Shown: positions 56,103 to 64,000 of the stretch, one piece after another
How positions within the stretch are numbered: position 1 is the first letter of the stretch
How the letters are laid out: every line of letters begins with the position of its first letter
Assembly (NCBI GenBank): GCA_903857865.1
Contig: CAIOGO010000008.1
Coordinates: 12,292 to 76,291, forward strand
From: an uncultured bacterium
GTDB lineage: Bacteria; Bipolaricaulota; Bipolaricaulia; UBA7950; UBA9294
DNA length: 64,000 bases
Direction: 5' to 3'
The notes under the pieces: model-generated
The model's input: only the letters and a program-made list of their open reading frames with translations
Told to the model about the DNA's origin: nothing
Database searches by the model: none
Translations under genes and position numbers: made by a program

Positions 56103-58040
56103 CTAATCTGAGAGGCCAACCCTCCTGAGAAGGTTGGTATACCGAGGATCCGAGCGGACGGAGGCAAGATGGGAGTCCATCTTCATCGACGAGAGCTGGG
56201 GATCGCGTTCAGCGTACGCGCGCTCGAGAAGCTCGAATCCCTCTTCATTCCGACCCAGCGCGAAGTGAAAAAGAGCGACCAAATAGGGCGAGAGCGGTTC
56301 CGTCTTTGCGTGTTCAAGAACCGTGTTCAGCGACGCCTCAATGGCGCCGCTATCCCCCTTGGCTTCCCGGACGGCAGCGAGGCAGAGCTCAAGTTCCGGA
56401 TCGAAAGACCCTGCGAGCTCCCGCGCTCTCTCAAGGTCGGCCTGAGCCAGATCCAGCCGCCCTTGCTGTAGGTAGATCTCCCCACGCCACGCGCGCAGAA
56501 CGCGATTGTCCTCTCCGAGCGCGAGCTGCATGTCGTATTCAGCAAGCGCCAGGTCTAGCTGCCCGGCGCTCTGGTAGGCATTCCCGAGGGCACCGTGCTG
56601 CACGGCGGACAGAGGGTCGAGCGTCTGAGCCGTCATGAGCGCGGCGATTGCCTCATCAGATCGTCCGCACGTGGAAAGATACAGTCCAAGCCAGTGATGG
56701 GCCAGCGCGTAGCTGGGCGAGAGTTCAATCGCCCTGCGCAACTCCCTCTCCACTCCTTCTAGGTCGAACTCCCAAGAGAGGATGCCCGCAAGCGCAACGT
56801 GGGCCTCCGCCAGATTGGGGTCAAGGGTCAGTGCTTCAAGTGCACTCGCCTTCGCCTTGGGAACCACGTCAGCGAGCGCCATGGGTTCGTAGTTGGGCAG
56901 GACCGCGTATGCGATGGATAGCGCCGCGTGGGCTGCAGCGTGCCCGGGGTCGAGCTCGATCGCTCGCTCAAAGCACTCGATAGCGTTGCGGATATTGCCG
57001 GTGGACCTGCGACTCATGAAGCCGCGGCCCTTCAAGTAGGACGCGTAGGCTTCCGGATTCGCTTTCGCCGGCTCGCCGGCCGGCCGCATGGCCCTCGGCA
57101 CGAGCTGGACTTCTAGAGCTGTGGCAACGCTGCGAGCAACCTCACTCTGGACCACGAACACGTCATCCAACGTGCGATCGTACGTCTCCGCCCACAGATG
57201 GGCCTCGCGTGCGACATCGATGAGTTGGAGAGTGATCCGCAGGCGATTCCCCGCTTTGCGGACACTCCCCTCGAGAACCACACCGACGCCCAGCTCGCTG
57301 CCGACCTCCGACACTGCTTTCTTTGCACCGCGGTACTTCATCACCGACGTAAGGGCGATCACCTCGAGTCCGCTTACTCTCGATAGGGTGAAGATCAACT
57401 CCTCGGTCAGCCCGTCGGCGAAGTACTCATCTCCTGGTTCTGGGCTCATGCTCATCAGTGGCAGGACGGCGATGCGGGACGACTCCCCTGCTGGGTGCGC
57501 CGGAGCCTCGTTCCGCATCCAGGGGAGGAGCATCTTGTAGACCTCGATCGAGACCTTCACGTTCTTGAGATCCTTCTTGCCGAGGCTCGCCATGGGGAGG
57601 TCCGTCTTGTTCCAGACTTGGTCGTAGACCTGACGGGAGAGACAGATTCCTCCAGGTTCAGCCAGCGGCTCGATGCGCGAAGTGATGTTCACCCCGTCAC
57701 CGAAGATGTCGCCGCCCCGGTGAACGACATCTCCGAGGTGAATGCCGATACGCAAATGGATGGCGCGGTCAAGAGGGACCGCGCCGTTGCGCTCGTGGAG
57801 GGCCCGCTGGATCTCAACAGCGCAGCGGACAGCCTGAAGGGCGCTGGGGAATTCGACGAGAAACCCGTCTCCTGTGCCTTTCACCTCGCGGCCTTCGTGC
57901 TCGGCGAACAAGGGGCGAAGGAGTCGCGCGTGTTCTTCGAGGAGTGCCAGAGTCAGGGCTTCGTCGGTCTGGGTAAGCGCTGTATACCCGACAACGTCCG
58001 TCAGCATGATAGCTGCAAGCTGTCGAGTGTCCTTGTCCAT
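56103..58040 (-). CDS. class III adenylate/guanylate cyclase fused to a TolB-N-like module and TPR repeats
   Basis: IMLTDVVGYTAL, KGTGDGFLVEF, RIGIHLGDV, GDGVNITSRIE, then TPR-like repeats. ATG 58040 preceded by AAGGAGAG. Confidence 0.88.
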   Translation of the reverse strand: MDKDTRQLAAIMLTDVVGYTALTQTDEALTLALLEEHARLLRPLFAEHEGREVKGTGDGFLVEFPSALQAVRCAVEIQRALHERNGAVPLDRAIHLRIGIHLGDVVHRGGDIFGDGVNITSRIEPLAEPGGICLSRQVYDQVWNKTDLPMASLGKKDLKNVKVSIEVYKMLLPWMRNEAPAHPAGESSRIAVLPLMSMSPEPGDEYFADGLTEELIFTLSRVSGLEVIALTSVMKYRGAKKAVSEVGSELGVGVVLEGSVRKAGNRLRITLQLIDVAREAHLWAETYDRTLDDVFVVQSEVARSVATALEVQLVPRAMRPAGEPAKANPEAYASYLKGRGFMSRRSTGNIRNAIECFERAIELDPGHAAAHAALSIAYAVLPNYEPMALADVVPKAKASALEALTLDPNLAEAHVALAGILSWEFDLEGVERELRRAIELSPSYALAHHWLGLYLSTCGRSDEAIAALMTAQTLDPLSAVQHGALGNAYQSAGQLDLALAEYDMQLALGEDNRVLRAWRGEIYLQQGRLDLAQADLERARELAGSFDPELELCLAAVREAKGDSGAIEASLNTVLEHAKTEPLSPYLVALFHFALGRNEEGFELLERAYAERDPQLSSMKMDSHLASVRSDPRYTNLLRRVGLSD

Positions 58041-58234
58041 GACCTCGCTCTCTCCTTCTTGTCCGGCAGTATGGGATCTCGGGCGTGCCGCGGCAAGTAG
58101 AGACCAGCTCCAGCTCACGCTCCCGCAAAGGAACTGTTGGGGTTGGCAGGAACGAGGTGGGCGCGGACAGCCTATAGTCCCCCAATGAGGAGGCATGACC
58201 TGGCTGGCGCTGCCACCTTGCGATCAGGACGAGA

Positions 58235-58264
58235 GTTCTGCTTGCAGTCATGCAGGTTCCACAG
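58235..58264 (+). repeat. 30-mer repeat related to 55847-55876
   Basis: GTTCTGCTTGCAGTCATGCAGGTTCCACAG, 27/30 identical to the copy at 55847-55876. Confidence 0.8.
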
Positions 58265-58371
58265 AGATTGCTCGTCCTGGTCTGAGTTTCGTCCCTTCGT
58301 CGCAGCCACCCACCGCTCATGTCGGGTGAGTCTTGCGAGTGACCTGCCCTGTACGCTAGCGACCGGTTCGG

Positions 58372-59487
58372 TCACGGGCAGAGGGCGAAGAGCACGTCTC
58401 GCGCGAGCACCATCTGGAAGAGACGCCTCGGCTCATCACCGATGGGTCGGACGGTGAGGGTCAGGTCCGACCCCTCGACGTTCGCTGCGGTCATCGTGAA
58501 GGCGACCTGCGAGTAGGGCTGCCCTCCCTGGGCGCTCGCGCCGAACTCGGCCAGACCTCGCCGGAGAGGAAGATCGGAGTCCGCGGAGGCCGGGTCGAGA
58601 AAGCGCAAGACGAAGGTCCCGACGGGCACATCACCGTCGTAGCGGTACGCCACTCCAAACGCGGTGAAGAAGTGAAGGCCGGCCCGCTCGGCCAGAAGCG
58701 CGTTCAATGCAGCGTACAAACCCTGTGGGTCGCTCGCATGGATGAATGACTGGAGTACAGAGTCGGGGGACAGGATCGAGCAGGCTCCCGGGCCGATCAC
58801 CAGGATCGCCGACGCCACGCCCTGCAGTCGGCCGGTCAGCCCCTGAGCCGCTGCATCCTCGCTCAGAGTCGGGATCTCTCCTCGATAGGCGCTCAACGCC
58901 TCGTCCAGAGCCGCCGCAGACGATGACAGGATGAGCAGCCCGTCCTCGGCCACAACGGCCGTATTGAGGATGGCCAGTTCACTCTTGGCCAGCCATGCTG
59001 CCCCGAAGTCAAGCGGGTGCGAGTAGACCGCCACGCCGTGCGACTCCGTTTGCGTGAACCCGCGCTGCTCGAACAGGGACACGAGTAGGCCAAACTGGAA
59101 CCCAGCAGCGAACTTCAGCACGTAGACAGACATCGCCGTGCCATTTGTGAAGTTGGCCTCCCACTGGAGGTCGCTGCTCCGCCATCCCCAAAGCGCGGCT
59201 TGGTCCGGGTGGTTCGCTCCGAAGGCAGAGGCGGCGGCCTGGCCTCGGCCGAGACTCGTGGTGAGTGCCCTCTCCGCGTCCTCGGGGCTCTGCTGGAAGG
59301 CCGCATCGAACCCAACGTAGCCCTTGAGCACAGTCCAGTCCGTGAAGTAGACGGTCGCTGAGACTGACCCTGCCGGGACGAGCGACAGCACGTCGAGGAG
59401 CGGTGAGGAGTTGGCCACGTCCTCGCCCAGTACGCCGACCGCGCCCGCCGCCACAACGAGGAGCAGGAAGAAGATTGATGCCTTCAT
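58372..59487 (-). CDS. hypothetical secreted protein
   Basis: ATG 59487 preceded by GGAGGTG. Signal peptide MKASIFFLLLVVAAGAVGVLG. No family recognised. Confidence 0.6.
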   Translation of the reverse strand: MKASIFFLLLVVAAGAVGVLGEDVANSSPLLDVLSLVPAGSVSATVYFTDWTVLKGYVGFDAAFQQSPEDAERALTTSLGRGQAAASAFGANHPDQAALWGWRSSDLQWEANFTNGTAMSVYVLKFAAGFQFGLLVSLFEQRGFTQTESHGVAVYSHPLDFGAAWLAKSELAILNTAVVAEDGLLILSSSAAALDEALSAYRGEIPTLSEDAAAQGLTGRLQGVASAILVIGPGACSILSPDSVLQSFIHASDPQGLYAALNALLAERAGLHFFTAFGVAYRYDGDVPVGTFVLRFLDPASADSDLPLRRGLAEFGASAQGGQPYSQVAFTMTAANVEGSDLTLTVRPIGDEPRRLFQMVLARDVLFALCP

Positions 59488-59965
59488 CACACCTCCGTAC
59501 CACTGGCCGACAGCACGCACCATTGGCATCCTCCTCACCACCTGCGACGCTCTCCGGTCACGATCTCTCTCAGGTGCCGCTCTGCTGTGCAGGGCGAATG
59601 CGATCCCACGTTCCGCTGACCTGCCCGCCAGAGCGTCGGATCTCTCGATCCGAGCTGCCCCACCATAAGCACTGCTGGCCAGTCACTGCAAGTGCTGCGC
59701 GTAGCCCGCGTCTGGGCCAGCCGGACACCCTGCTGCATGGCTGAACCCTCTACGCCCGGCAGGTGCGTGACGTCTTGTCGCTGTTGGCGGAAGCTGCTAA
59801 CTTCTCCTGCGACGCGGACCGCACGCGGGGCAGGTCAAGATGGCCTCGATCGTCCAGCTGAGAAGGCCATGAGTTGGTCCGACGGAGAGCGGCTGACGTC
59901 CTCACCAGCGCCGGTGGACAATGGCTCTTGGTGAACTGAGCGAGAGAGGTCATGGAGGACAGCAC

Positions 59966-60742
59966 ATGAAGAAGGTCACTGCGTTCGTTGGAAGCGCCCG
60001 CAAGAAGCACACGCACGACGCCGTCTGCCGGTTCCTGGACCACCTGCAGGCGCGGGGTGACGTCGAGTGCGAGATCGTCGCTCTGAGCGACTACCGGCTC
60101 GAGGTCTGTCGCGGCTGCAAGCTGTGCTTCGAGAAGGGGGAGGAGGCGTGCCCTCTCAAGGACGACCGGGACACGCTCATCGCGAAGATGGTCGCGTCCG
60201 ACGGCGTCGTCTTCGCATCCCCGAACTACCTGTTTCAGGTCTCCGCCATCATGAAGACCTTCCTCGACCGGCTCGCCTTTTTTGCCCATCGCCCGCGCTT
60301 CTTCGGAAAGACCTTCACCAACATCGTCGCCCAAGGGTTCCCCTTCGACAGCAAGATTGGGAAGTATCTGAACTTCGCGGGCGCCTGCCTCGGGTACAAG
60401 ACCGTTGGCGGAAGCCACATCACGGCCCTTGAGCCGATGACGGAGAAGGAGGCGCGAAAGGTCGACAGGGTCCTTGAGAGGCACAGTAGGCGGTTCCACC
60501 AAAGTCTGATGCGGTCGAACCTCCCTGCGCCGTCGTTCGTCATGCTCATTGGTTTCCGGATCGGCCGCACGACGCTGAGGCTCGAGCTGGACGATCGAAA
60601 CTTCGACTACAGGTACTACCGAGACAAGGGTTGGTTCGACTCCGACTACTACTATCCCGTTCGCTTGGGTCCGCTGAAGAAGGCGGCAGGCAGCCTCTTC
60701 GATGCGCTCGGCAGGAGGATGGCGAGAAAGAGAACGGGATGA
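59966..60742 (+). CDS. NAD(P)H-dependent FMN reductase / iron-sulfur flavoprotein-like oxidoreductase
   Basis: MKKVTAFVGSARK flavodoxin-like start, CRGCKLC...C cysteine cluster, VFASPNY. RBS GGAGGA. Confidence 0.75.
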   Translation: MKKVTAFVGSARKKHTHDAVCRFLDHLQARGDVECEIVALSDYRLEVCRGCKLCFEKGEEACPLKDDRDTLIAKMVASDGVVFASPNYLFQVSAIMKTFLDRLAFFAHRPRFFGKTFTNIVAQGFPFDSKIGKYLNFAGACLGYKTVGGSHITALEPMTEKEARKVDRVLERHSRRFHQSLMRSNLPAPSFVMLIGFRIGRTTLRLELDDRNFDYRYYRDKGWFDSDYYYPVRLGPLKKAAGSLFDALGRRMARKRTG

Positions 60743-61203
60743 GGTGAAGAGGGGCGCGATGGGCAGGCCCTGCGATCACGCATCCGAGACCACGCGCCCT
60801 GCCCTCCGAGAGCACGACGACCGCTTTTCGTCGCCGCAATAGAAGCCTTGACCCTCAGGCGTGAACCGGGGAGACGCCGAGTATCGCGGCTCGATCCGCG
60901 CAACCGTGGGACTCTCGTACGACGAGAGCTGGGTTCCCGAGTGGCGCACTCAGTTCTGCGACGTCAGTCTCCCGCGTCCGACATCGACCCGGACGAGACG
61001 CAGACGTTCGAGATGTCGATCCCCGTGCTTCCGCCGGCGGCGATCGAGATTCTCCGACAGCAAGCCGTGCTCTACGGCTATCAGGACCCGGATCACGATC
61101 ACGACTACCACGGGTTGCGCATCCCTGCAGGGACGCGGCACCACTGCACGTTCATGCCGTTCGGCGAGTAGCAGCCGGGCGCTGCTAGCGGGAGCCGTTC
61201 CCA

Positions 61204-61278
61204 GATGCCCGAACTCGGCTGGAAAGCACTTGCTGGGCATGCAAGAGACCAGGGGTTCGAGCTACCCCCTAGGCTCCA
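61204..61278 (+). pseudogene. degenerate tRNA-Ala copy (pseudo-tRNA / old att site)
   Basis: Aligns over nearly the full length of tRNA-Ala. The block GCATGCAAGAGaCCAGGGGTTCGAG is conserved. The acceptor 5' strand is mutated and there is a 2-nt insertion in the T-arm. Confidence 0.65.
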
Positions 61279-61550
61279 CCAAGGCAGAAGCGCGATCCGA
61301 TGGCCGTTCCCGCTTCACACAACGCTGCCTCTGCCTGCGAGTGCCATCGGTTCTGCTGACCAACCCGTCAAGGAGCACCGGACTCCCCCATTCTGAGCTG
61401 CCGGCTCGCGGCAACAGGGGGGGCGCTCCAGATCACCAAGTGCGTTCCTCCTGCTTCGTGCGCGTGGCAGACAGGCGAGCGTTGCGGCAAGACCTGGCCG
61501 GCCAACCCAGGGAGCCTCGAAGACAGGTTGATGGCAGTCTCACGAGTCGC

Positions 61551-63128
61551 CTAGCGTCTCCTCATTGACCGTCGAACCGAGTTCCTAGCTCTGGCCGCCG
61601 TCTTGCCTGGGGCCATCCTTGCTCCTGGGCTTGAAGAAGGCGAGACGGCCCTAATGCCGCGGATCAGGAGTGTCGCGCCGACTCCCAGCAGAAAGGGGAG
61701 GAATGCCAGCAGCAGTCTTTCAAGCCTCAGCATCTGTTCACTCGAGAACACGGCCACGAAGTCCCCCTGCCCTGCGGGCAGGCTGAAATCCAGTCGGTAA
61801 TAGCCGCGCCACGGCGACTCGGCCTCGGGCCCCTCAGCCACGCGACACTGCACTGGCTGGGCCGAGCACATCTGCAATACGTAGTCCGCCGGCACGTAGA
61901 GGAAAAGCGTCAGCGGACTTGCGTTGGCGCGGGCGTCAGGCGGCTGGAGGGAGGGCGAAGCAATCGGCAGTACGAGCCTCGTCTGCGAGAGCGTTGGTCG
62001 CGACAGAGCGGCCTTCCAGATGACCCAGGCAAACCGCTGACAGGGAACGGCCTCGACTGCATCCAGCGGGATGCCAAGCTCGGTAGCGTTCCAGTAGCAC
62101 GACCGCAACGAGAAGTCAGGGTAGAGCGAGAAACACTGTCCAGGAATCTGCCGCCGGGCCATATGCGGCACGACCACGCCTGGCAGAAAGGCTATGAGAG
62201 AGGAACAGGGTGATGGCATCGATGCGACGTTGTCAACACCTATTCCAAGGTCGACGTCAGAGATGCCGGGGCTGAGCACGATGGCTACCGACACCTGCGG
62301 CGCGAGGCCGCAGTCGGTGGCGAAAGACATCCGTGACACCGCGGAGTACGGCGTGCTAGCCGATTTCGGAAACAGGACCAGGACCAGTGCCACGCCAGCG
62401 AGGCCGAGAAGCGCGGCGCCGAGCGAGAACTCCCGCGACGCCGCCACGGCATGCGCGAGCCACTTCCACAGGCGGGCGGGAGTCCAGGGACTTCTCACGC
62501 AGTCCAGAAGCCAGTCATGCAGAACAAGCCACGCTCCGGCCAGTATCGCAGCACCGCTGAGCGTATATGGCAACTGGACATAGGCCTGAGAGGGCAAGTA
62601 GAGCGGCACACCAAGCCCAAACAGAAGGAGCGCACCGATTGGCCTCGCTCTCCAAGCGATGAGCGCACTCAATCCCACGGCCACGCCAATGCCCCAGTCC
62701 GGCAGAGCCATCGGCAGTCCGGGTGACCAGAAGTAGAGACCAGCAACCAGCCAAGCAGCGGAGCATCCATAGAGCAACCCGAACCCCAAGCGGCGTCTCC
62801 AGGCGCGGGGCCTTGTGCGCCTCAGAAGGACCGCCGCCCCGCATGCGACACCGGCGGAAGAGGCAATCCACTGGGGCGAGACCCTCCCCAACAGAGGGGC
62901 GAACACGAGAGCGACTGCTGCAAGCATCCCCCCGCACACGACAGCCGTTCTGAGCGGCCCCCTCACACGTTGAGCACTCGGGGTCGGGGCAGCAATCGCT
63001 GTGAGGAAGAGCAGGCCGAGGCCGCCAACGAATTCGCTACACGACAGGAGGTAGAACGCTACACCAATGCACACGACGATAGATGTAGCGGCCGTCGAGA
63101 TGCCGAGGATCCGCAGAAGACGAGTCAT
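61551..63128 (-). CDS. hypothetical polytopic membrane protein with large non-membrane domain and C-terminal TM anchor
   Basis: ATG 63128. About 9 N-terminal TM helices, a Cys-containing soluble domain of about 200 aa, a final TM helix and a basic tail. Confidence 0.55.
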   Translation of the reverse strand: MTRLLRILGISTAATSIVVCIGVAFYLLSCSEFVGGLGLLFLTAIAAPTPSAQRVRGPLRTAVVCGGMLAAVALVFAPLLGRVSPQWIASSAGVACGAAVLLRRTRPRAWRRRLGFGLLYGCSAAWLVAGLYFWSPGLPMALPDWGIGVAVGLSALIAWRARPIGALLLFGLGVPLYLPSQAYVQLPYTLSGAAILAGAWLVLHDWLLDCVRSPWTPARLWKWLAHAVAASREFSLGAALLGLAGVALVLVLFPKSASTPYSAVSRMSFATDCGLAPQVSVAIVLSPGISDVDLGIGVDNVASMPSPCSSLIAFLPGVVVPHMARRQIPGQCFSLYPDFSLRSCYWNATELGIPLDAVEAVPCQRFAWVIWKAALSRPTLSQTRLVLPIASPSLQPPDARANASPLTLFLYVPADYVLQMCSAQPVQCRVAEGPEAESPWRGYYRLDFSLPAGQGDFVAVFSSEQMLRLERLLLAFLPFLLGVGATLLIRGIRAVSPSSSPGARMAPGKTAARARNSVRRSMRRR

Positions 63129-63375
63129 CGGATGGCGACTCCGTTTCCATTGAGGGGCCGTATCCCTGCCGCAGATCTTTCTCCCAGACTGGTCCGCACC
63201 ACTTGGCCGGCTCGCCAGGGTGCGCGGACAGCGTTCGTCTCGCCTGCTCACATCTCGCCTCTCCTCCACTCTACTGTGACTGCCTCCGCAGGTGAAGGGA
63301 GCCGCGCGACGAAGTCCAGGACGGGCTATCGATCTACCTTCTAGAAGCAAGTTGGAGGAGCTGCTAATCGGGCGG

Positions 63376-63620
63376 TTGATGTGTGGGAGTTCCGAGGACA
63401 CAGTACCTGACTCGTGGGCTTCGGACCTCGTCTCCTCGGGCGGAGAACACGTCCCGTCAGTTGCCTAGGGTCTGCGAGGAAGGACTCACTTCCAAGCGGT
63501 CGGTCAGTGCGCGCGTGCTTCCTGAACTCAATGAACGCGTCTTCCTCCTGAAGCAGGAACGAATGGCGATCTGTGATGTCGGCAAGTATCTCGGGCGGTA
63601 CAGCCAGCAGATCGTCCTTC
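63376..63620 (-). pseudogene. possible remnant of the C-terminus of a RayT/IS200-like (Y1) transposase-family protein
   Basis: FIEFRKHARTDRPLGSESFLADPRQLTGRVLRPRRRGPKP resembles the ...TRTGRPLGS..F...LE...GR.L.P...GPKP tail recalled from that family. No catalytic part is present. Confidence 0.3.
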
Positions 63621-63732
63621 CCGGCGGAAGGGTCGCATCCTACTTCTCTACACCTCCAGGCGACCATGGGTCGCGTTCGCGCTTGTGTGCTGGGAGACGT
63701 GCATTCGTCACCACTCCGCGACGGCCACATGC

Positions 63733-63761
63733 GTTCTCTGATCGGTCCCCCAGGCTCCACA
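63733..63761 (+). repeat. 29-mer tRNA-3'-end-like repeat, copy C
   Basis: Identical to copies A and B. About 27 nt upstream are also shared with copy A (GTCACCACTCyGCGACGGyCACAyGC). A further related site GATCGGTCCCCTAGGGTC lies at 63803-63820. Confidence 0.9.
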
Positions 63762-64000
63762 GCGCCGGGATACCCGTTCCCATCAGAGATGTCTGGTTCT
63801 TAGATCGGTCCCCTAGGGTCTGGGGTCCGTAGATTCCTCGCTATGGAAGGCCGTTCCCTGTAGCTGGCCGGCTCCCCCGGTGACTGCGCACCGAATGAGC
63901 TGGCTTGCAGTCGATGCCTCGAGGGCGGCTTGCCAGGGTTCTCCACATTCCTGACCCGCCTTCCGCACAGGGAAGAGGTAGAACTGCTGCTGTCGCCCCG

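Larger units (their letters stand above)
53462..64000. mobile_element. further accreted accessory modules downstream of tRNA-Ala (extends beyond window)
   Basis: Modules are separated by tRNA-Ala-derived repeats at 55793-55821, 55847-55876, 58235-58264, 61204-61278, 63733-63761 and 63803-63820. Cargo is non-housekeeping. Confidence 0.5.

Noticed and set aside
56103-58040. Pycsar (cyclase plus cNMP-activated effector) system
   Set aside because: No adjacent TM/TIR effector with a cNMP-binding domain. The cyclase is the large TPR-fused signalling type rather than a compact PycC, and the neighbouring ORF is a signal-peptide protein without a recognisable sensor.
60848-61568. ORFs 60848-61171 and 60861-61568 as genes
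   Set aside because: The longer one reads straight through the pseudo-tRNA and is Arg/Ser/Pro-rich. The shorter one has no RBS or family signal. I leave this region unannotated.

Overview
High-GC (about 65%) bacterial chromosome segment, by eye. Positions 1-46.3 kb are a dense housekeeping core. It holds an ABC ATPase, mutL, a 7-gene MoxR/DUF58/BatA/vWA operon, tRNA-Pro, dnaX-ybaB, RNase P RNA, rpe-ribD and tRNA-Val. It also holds rng-folK-folB, rplT-rpmI-infC, nadD-obgE-rpmA-prp-rplU, metG, a secreted S8 protease/PorV-like/giant outer-membrane cluster, pgm, leuS and gmhB. At tRNA-Ala(GGC) (46323-46395) the character changes. The remaining 17.6 kb looks lower in GC and is a mosaic of mostly single-gene modules separated by decayed copies of the tRNA-Ala 3' end: one exact 17-bp repeat, three exact 29-mers, two 30-mers and one near-complete pseudo-tRNA. 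No integrase is visible. The cargo is defence-like. First is a 2155-aa protein with an N-terminal Cap4/DUF4297-like PD-(D/E)xK nuclease, a STAND P-loop NTPase and about 1600 aa of unassignable C-terminus. Second is a 643-aa SIR2_2-domain protein with an unassigned helical C-terminal half. Third is a class III nucleotide cyclase-TPR protein. There are also unknown secreted and polytopic membrane proteins. I consider the STAND nuclease and the SIR2 protein in this serially accreted tRNA-Ala hotspot the best candidates for a new or poorly described immune system. Secondary oddities are a frameshifted S8 protease, a structured 39-nt hairpin repeat array, tandem repeats that copy the tRNA-Pro 5' end, a Prp homologue without its catalytic dyad, and a roughly 100-aa insertion in LeuRS. 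All family calls rest on motif recognition by eye; no searches were run.
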